From the NCBI GenBank assembly GCA_963664395.2, contig OY761159.2, positions 1,760,001-1,824,000 on the forward strand: 64,000 nucleotides of DNA. Direction: 5' to 3'. The notes beneath the pieces are model-generated. The model did not search any database and was not told the DNA's origin. It saw nothing but the letters and a program-made list of their open reading frames with translations. Positions 59,132 through 64,000 of this stretch are shown here, in pieces (within the stretch, counting starts at the first letter, position 1; each line of letters starts with the position of its first letter). The position numbers were made by a program, and so were the translations under genes. Origin of the DNA: Candidatus Binatia bacterium. Its GTDB lineage: Bacteria; Desulfobacterota; Binatia; Bin18.

Positions 59132-60049
59132 ATGACAGCAGCGTTTAATGTCGAGCAGGCGGTCAAAGAACGCTATGCCGCGGGAGCACAGCAGGAAGAA
59201 GCGGCGCTGTGTTGCCCGGTAGACTATAACCCGCGCTTTCTCTCCATCATTCCTGAAGAAATTCTTGAGCGCGATTACGGCTGCGGAGACCCCTCGCAGC
59301 ACATCCAGCCGGGAGAAACCGTGCTTGATCTCGGCTCGGGCGCGGGCAAAATCTGTTATATCGCCGCCCAGGTCGTTGGGGCCGAAGGCCGGGTTATCGG
59401 CGTTGATATGACGCCGGAGATGCTCAACGTCGCCGAGAAATACCGCCAGTCCATTGGCGAACAACTGGGCTATCATAATGTCGAGTTTCGCCGCGGCAGA
59501 ATCCAGGATTTGCGGACCGATCTGAATGTCGCGGATGCCTACCTGCGCAATCATCCGGTGGCTTCGCTTGAAGATTTCCACGCCTTTGAAGCGGTCATGG
59601 CTGAACAGCGCGCGCAGCGGCCATTGATTGCAGACGATTGCGTTGACGTTGTCGTCTCGAACTGCGTGCTTAATCTGGTCCAGGACGCGGACAAGCGGCA
59701 ACTGTTTGGTGAAATTTTTCGGGTGCTGCGCCAGGGCGGGCGGACGGTGATCTCCGATATTGTTGCCGACGAAGCGGTGCCGGCTCACCTGAAGGCCGAC
59801 CCCGAATTGTGGAGTGGCTGCGTCTCTGGGGCCATGCAGGAAAAAGAATTCATTGAGGCGTTCGAAGAAGCCGGCTTCTCAGGCATGACCGTTCTCAAGC
59901 GTGACGAGCAGCCGTGGCGAACGGTCGAAGGTATCGCCTTCCGGTCCATGACCCTGGCTGCCCATAAAGGGGAACCCGGCACCAAGGCGCTCGACTATCG
60001 AGCGACCACAGACGCGGCGGCGTGTTGTGCGCCGAGTAAATGCTGTTAG
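59132..60049 (+). CDS. ArsM-like SAM-dependent methyltransferase
   Basis: LCCPVDY, YGCGDP, VLDLGSGAG, SNCVLNL and WSGCVSGA motifs; Cys-rich tail. Confidence 0.85.
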   Translation: MTAAFNVEQAVKERYAAGAQQEEAALCCPVDYNPRFLSIIPEEILERDYGCGDPSQHIQPGETVLDLGSGAGKICYIAAQVVGAEGRVIGVDMTPEMLNVAEKYRQSIGEQLGYHNVEFRRGRIQDLRTDLNVADAYLRNHPVASLEDFHAFEAVMAEQRAQRPLIADDCVDVVVSNCVLNLVQDADKRQLFGEIFRVLRQGGRTVISDIVADEAVPAHLKADPELWSGCVSGAMQEKEFIEAFEEAGFSGMTVLKRDEQPWRTVEGIAFRSMTLAAHKGEPGTKALDYRATTDAAACCAPSKCC

Positions 60050-60071
60050 CCCAAGGAGTGGATACCCACGC

Positions 60072-61061
60072 ATGCACGCTGCTGAACAATCTTTTCAGCC
60101 TTTTACAGAGCGGGTCCGTCAGGAGGGCTTTGCCCTCAAACGGGCCGAGTTGGGGACCGTTCAGATCAACCTGGGCAAGCTGTGCAACCAGGCCTGCCTC
60201 CACTGTCATGTGGACGCCGGTCCGAAACGGACCGAGATCATGGCGCCGCGGACGGCCGAACTGGCCCTTGATCTCATCCGCGCGGCCAAGGCTCGAACGG
60301 TTGATCTGACCGGCGGCGCGCCTGAGCTGAACCCATCCTTCCGTTTTCTGGTTGAGCAAAACCGCCAAGACGGCCGGCACGTGCTGGACCGTTGTAATCT
60401 GACCGTCCTGTTTGAGTCCGGCCAGGAAGACCTGGCTGAGTTCCTGGCTGAACACCAAGTTGAAATCTTTGCCAGCCTGCCCTGCTACTCAGAAGAGAAT
60501 GTCTCGGCGCAACGCGGCCACGGTGTCTACGAGAAATCCATTGCCGCCCTCCGAAAATTGAATGCCCTCAGCTATGGGCGGGCAGGTTCGGGCTTGGTCC
60601 TCAATCTTGTCTATAATCCGGTTGGCGTTCACCTGCCGCCGCCTCAGCAAAACTTGGAGGCGGATTATAAACGAGAACTCGGCGAACGCTTTGGGTTGAC
60701 GTTCAATAATCTCTTGACGATTACGAATATGCCCATCGCCCGCTTTGCCCATAGCCTGGAGCGAGATGGCAAGCTGGCCGAATACATGGGGCTGCTTGCG
60801 CATGCCTTTAATCCGGCCACACTTGACAGCCTGATGTGCCGCCACCTGGTGAGCATCTCCTGGGATGGCTATGTGTATGACTGCGATTTTAACCAGATGC
60901 TCGATCTGCGGCTGGGCAACGGCACCCCCCTGCGTTTAGGCGAACACTCCGCCGCCAGTCTCGTCCGGCAGCTCATCGGTCGGGACATTCGTCTGGATTC
61001 CCATTGCTACGGCTGCACCGCCGGCGCGGGCAGCTCCTGCGGCGGAGCGCTGGCGGAATAG
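60072..61061 (+). CDS. arsS: Arsenosugar biosynthesis radical SAM protein
   Basis: NLGKLCNQACLHCHV, DLTGGAPE, ASLPCY, YDCDFNQML and HCYGCTAGAGSSCGG motifs. Confidence 0.9.
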   Translation: MHAAEQSFQPFTERVRQEGFALKRAELGTVQINLGKLCNQACLHCHVDAGPKRTEIMAPRTAELALDLIRAAKARTVDLTGGAPELNPSFRFLVEQNRQDGRHVLDRCNLTVLFESGQEDLAEFLAEHQVEIFASLPCYSEENVSAQRGHGVYEKSIAALRKLNALSYGRAGSGLVLNLVYNPVGVHLPPPQQNLEADYKRELGERFGLTFNNLLTITNMPIARFAHSLERDGKLAEYMGLLAHAFNPATLDSLMCRHLVSISWDGYVYDCDFNQMLDLRLGNGTPLRLGEHSAASLVRQLIGRDIRLDSHCYGCTAGAGSSCGGALAE

Positions 61062-61074
61062 GGCTCGGAACCTT

Positions 61075-61182
61075 CTCAGGAACGTGTATAGTTTTTCGCG
61101 TACTCCGGGAGAGCGATGTCAGCCCGAAGTTGCGGATCAGCGACCGGCTATTGCGGCACCAGGTATAACGACAGCTCTCCCG
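61075..61182 (-). repeat. Degenerate 108-bp copy of the 3' end of the flavin-binding gene (61829-61936)
   Basis: ctcagg...tatagtttttcgcgtactccgg...gcgaccggct..tgcggcaccaggt..aacg.cagctc.cccg is present at both loci. Confidence 0.85.
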
Positions 61183-61185
61183 TGA

Positions 61186-61821
61186 TCAAACGGAAGCCTT
61201 TTTTGCGAGCTGCGCCAGCGTCAGCTCGCTCAATTCATGCGCAATAGGGTCAGCCTGCGTGGCGAGACGTTGAGCCACAGCCTGTTGATCTTCGAGCGAT
61301 CTGTTCTGACCAAGTTTGAATTTTCCTTCAATGCGCGTGATATCGATCACAAATCCGACAATGGCCTTGAGCAGCTTTTGCTTAAAGTCCACCGGAATAT
61401 TCCCTGGCCACGGTTGTGGCATCCCAGACTCATAGACAGCGGTGAGGCGGTCAACCAAAGTAGCGAGCCGTTCACCGTCCTCGATAATGCGAGGCACGCC
61501 ATATACGTGCACCGCTGCATAATTCCAGGTTGGAACGGCGGGTGCAGTCTCGTACCAACTCGGGGATATATAGGCGTGCGGTCCTTGAAATATAACAAGC
61601 ACCTCCTGACCACCCTCGAAAGTTCGCCATTGCGGATTGGCCCGCGCCATGTGGCCAAGCAGTGCCCCTTGCGCTGACGTGTTGGGATCAAGCAGGAACG
61701 GCAGATGGGTCGCAAAGGGGCGTCCATCTACGGTGTTCACCAACGTGGCAAAGCTGTATTGCTCGATAAAACTCTGTAGCTGCTCGGGGTCTGAAACCAC
61801 AAATGCTTTTGGACGGTACAT
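61186..61821 (-). CDS. PaiB-like FMN-binding protein
   Basis: MYRPKAF, ATHLP, GHMARANP, GPHAYISPSWY and VPTWNY motifs. Confidence 0.9.
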   Translation of the reverse strand: MYRPKAFVVSDPEQLQSFIEQYSFATLVNTVDGRPFATHLPFLLDPNTSAQGALLGHMARANPQWRTFEGGQEVLVIFQGPHAYISPSWYETAPAVPTWNYAAVHVYGVPRIIEDGERLATLVDRLTAVYESGMPQPWPGNIPVDFKQKLLKAIVGFVIDITRIEGKFKLGQNRSLEDQQAVAQRLATQADPIAHELSELTLAQLAKKASV

Positions 61822-61829
61822 AATTCCCC

Positions 61830-62483
61830 TCAGGGGCGCTTATAGTTTTTCGCGTACTCCGGCAGAGCGATATCGGCCCGGAGTTGCGGGTCGGCGACCG
61901 GCTGTTGCGGCACCAGGTGCAACGGCAGCTCACCCGCCCAGCAGTTGAGCTGATAATCTTCCTCCGTATCGACTGGTGGCCCGGTGCGGACTTTTGCCGA
62001 CACTTCCTCTAAGGGCACCCGGATTACGCTGGTGGCCTTCAGTTCCTGAGCCGACGGTTCGCGGACGTCATCCCAGCGTTCGGGCATGACGTGATCGACA
62101 ATGGCTTTGAGGGCAACCTGCTTTTCGTCCGGGTCGGTGACTTCCGTGGCTTGGCCGAGAATCACCACGGAGCGATAATTTATCGAATGATGAAAAGCCG
62201 AACGAGCCAGCACCAGACCGTCCATCAGGGTAACCGTGACGCAGACCGGCAGACTCCCCCCAATCGTGCGCAGCATTCGGCTCGCAGCCGAACCGTGGAC
62301 ATACAGACGATCCTCAATATGCGCGTAGATCGTCGGGATCACATACGGCTGGCCGTCAACGCTGAAGCCGACATGACAGTACAAGCCTTCCGCCAAAATG
62401 GCCTCAACGACTGTGGCATCGTATGACGCGCGCTCCGGCATGCGGCGTAGTCGGGTTCGCTCGGTTCTCTCAAACTGAGGCAT
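61830..62483 (-). CDS. Pyridoxamine 5'-phosphate oxidase-family (flavin-nucleotide-binding) protein
   Basis: LYVHGSAASR, DGLVLARSAFHHSINYRSV and SAKVRTGPP motifs. Confidence 0.9.
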   Translation of the reverse strand: MPQFERTERTRLRRMPERASYDATVVEAILAEGLYCHVGFSVDGQPYVIPTIYAHIEDRLYVHGSAASRMLRTIGGSLPVCVTVTLMDGLVLARSAFHHSINYRSVVILGQATEVTDPDEKQVALKAIVDHVMPERWDDVREPSAQELKATSVIRVPLEEVSAKVRTGPPVDTEEDYQLNCWAGELPLHLVPQQPVADPQLRADIALPEYAKNYKRP

Positions 62484-62596
62484 GGCTATTCACCTTTCTT
62501 TTATTGGTGCAGACGTGTTCCTCATATACCATATCTCTCGACAGCGCCCTGAGAGAAGCGTTAGAAGAAGATGTAAAAGCACACAGGAGGGGACAG

Positions 62597-63355
62597 ATGA
62601 GCCAATTGGAAGATTATGCCAATAAGTACGAGACAATGAAAATGCAGCGTCGCAACGGCATTCTCGAAGTCACCTTTCACGTCAACGATGGGCCGCTGGT
62701 CTGGAATGAACCGGTCCACCGCGAAATCGGCCACGCCTGCGTTGATATCGGAGCCGACCCGGAGAATAAAGTCGTTATTCTGGCCGGAACGGGCGACAGC
62801 TATTGTGCGGATATCGATTTTGCCAGCTTTGGCGACAGCCTGGGTACGCCGCGCGGCTGGGACACCGTGTATTGGGAAGGCAAGCGTCTGCTGATGAATC
62901 TGCTCGACATTCCCGTGCCGATGATATCCGCAGTCAACGGGCCGGCGCTCATCCATGCCGAGATCCCCGTGCTGTGCGATATCGTCCTGGCGTCCGAGAC
63001 CGCGGCGTTTCAGGACGCTCCACATTTTCCAAACGGCATTGTGCCGGGTGACGGCGTCCATCTGGTTTGGCCACTACTTTTGGGCGCGAATCGGGGGCGC
63101 TATTTTCTCCTGACCGGGCAAAAGCTGTCCGCCCAGGAGGCGCTCAGCCTTGGGGTGGTGAATGAGGTGCTGCCACCGGATCAACTGTCCGCTCGCGCCT
63201 GGGAGCTGGCCGAACAACTGGCCAAACAGCCCCCGCTGACGCTACGGTATGCACGCATCTCCATTACCCATCAGATCAAAAAGCTGATGCTCGACGGTCT
63301 GGGCTATGGGCTGGCTCTGGAAGGCATGGCCGTTATGGATATGCAAAAGGGATAA
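62597..63355 (+). CDS. Crotonase-fold beta-diketone hydrolase (6-oxocamphor hydrolase-like)
   Basis: AVNGPALIHAEIPVLCDIV, FQDAPHFPNGIVPGDGVH and NRGRYFLLTG motifs. Confidence 0.85.
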   Translation: MSQLEDYANKYETMKMQRRNGILEVTFHVNDGPLVWNEPVHREIGHACVDIGADPENKVVILAGTGDSYCADIDFASFGDSLGTPRGWDTVYWEGKRLLMNLLDIPVPMISAVNGPALIHAEIPVLCDIVLASETAAFQDAPHFPNGIVPGDGVHLVWPLLLGANRGRYFLLTGQKLSAQEALSLGVVNEVLPPDQLSARAWELAEQLAKQPPLTLRYARISITHQIKKLMLDGLGYGLALEGMAVMDMQKG

Positions 63356-63375
63356 CAGGCCGCGTTGCGACACCC

Positions 63376-63429
63376 GTAGGGGCGGTTCGTGAACCGCCCG
63401 TGGGGCCGCGCGGCCTGCCGTGCCCCTAC
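63376..63429. repeat. GTAG-family REP-like doublet
   Basis: GTAGGGGCGGTTCGTGAACCGCCC ... GCCGTGCCCCTAC. Confidence 0.7.
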
Positions 63430-63713
63430 TCCGATTCTGCAGGCAACGAAACCGGCTTGTCCAATTCGCGTTTGTACTCAGCACACTCGGCGGCGTCGGC
63501 ACTCCCGTGCTCGACCCGACACTGCCGATACTGCTCCTCCAGTTCCGCCCGCCCGCCCAATATCCGGGCAAGCCGTGGGTCACGCCGCGACTCGGTAAAA
63601 GACATCGCATGCTGAAGCGTCTGGCAGCCTGCGAGGAGAACTCCAACTGCCATGACTGCTCCCATAAGTCGCAGCCGCAACCGCCTGTTCACTCTGTTCG
63701 TGTAAAATCGCAT
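63426..63713 (-). CDS. Putative lipoprotein
   Basis: Basic N-region, hydrophobic stretch and lipobox LAGC. Confidence 0.6.
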   Translation of the reverse strand: MRFYTNRVNRRLRLRLMGAVMAVGVLLAGCQTLQHAMSFTESRRDPRLARILGGRAELEEQYRQCRVEHGSADAAECAEYKRELDKPVSLPAESE

Positions 63714-63844
63714 AATAGGCCGTAGGGTCGTTCTGATGTATTTGTATCGAAACAGATGGGAGTCGCAAAGAGCCTGTCTCTTCTCTTGACCCCCTGTGAG
63801 GCGTTCGGTAGTCTTCGTCCTCAGAGCTTGAGGGAGTCTGAGTC

Positions 63845-64000
63845 ATGCGATCATATCTCGCCGCCGCAATTCAAATGACCGCGTCCGCTTCAAAAGAAGA
63901 GAATCTGGCCAAGGCCGAGACGTTCGTGCGCCTGGCCGCAGAACGGGGTGCCGCCCTAGTCGTACTGCCCGAGGTCTTTTCCTGGCGTGGCCGGCATAAA
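63845..64000 (+). CDS. Carbon-nitrogen hydrolase (nitrilase superfamily), 5' part
   Basis: MRSYLAAAIQM...ENLAKAE...GAALVVLPE; runs off the window. Confidence 0.85.
   Translation, partial: MRSYLAAAIQMTASASKEENLAKAETFVRLAAERGAALVVLPEVFSWRGRHK

Noticed and set aside
63735-63780. GAAA...GGGAGTCGCAAAG resembling a c-di-GMP-I riboswitch
   Set aside because: Lacks the GCAAACC element and convincing pairing; an Infernal/Rfam search would be needed.

Overview
GC-rich bacterial genomic DNA. The gene content suggests a marine sponge-associated, deltaproteobacterium-like symbiont, but this is inference only: several luciferase-like/F420 oxidoreductases, SDRs, amidohydrolases, a sulfotransferase, an ankyrin protein and a giant repetitive surface protein. 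Positions 1-10286 (minus) hold a giant secreted subtilase/adhesin ORF of at least 3428 codons. It is absent from the ORF track, most likely because it runs off the window, and it is preceded by a stand-alone duplicate of its own signal peptide and propeptide. Next come a tandem P-loop ATPase pair (the second STAND-like with wHTH and TPR) with a palindromic operator array, a decayed hicB and a long run of catabolic genes. A lower-GC two-gene DUF6978-like/DUF1828-like cassette follows. At 38714-42097 is a fully delimited 3.4-kb IS1-family cargo transposon with 25-bp TIRs and an 8-bp target duplication (ATCCGCGC). It carries a small basic KGG-like protein, a HigB/HigA(HTH+HExxH peptidase) module and an unknown third gene. 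The right part holds ilvD, trpB2, an ADP-ribose-hydrolase/ankyrin/macrodomain-like cluster, TA and IS relics, arsM-arsS, and paiB flanked by a 108-bp duplicated gene end. No CRISPR array, rRNA or tRNA was recognised. All family assignments come from motif recognition by eye, not database searches.
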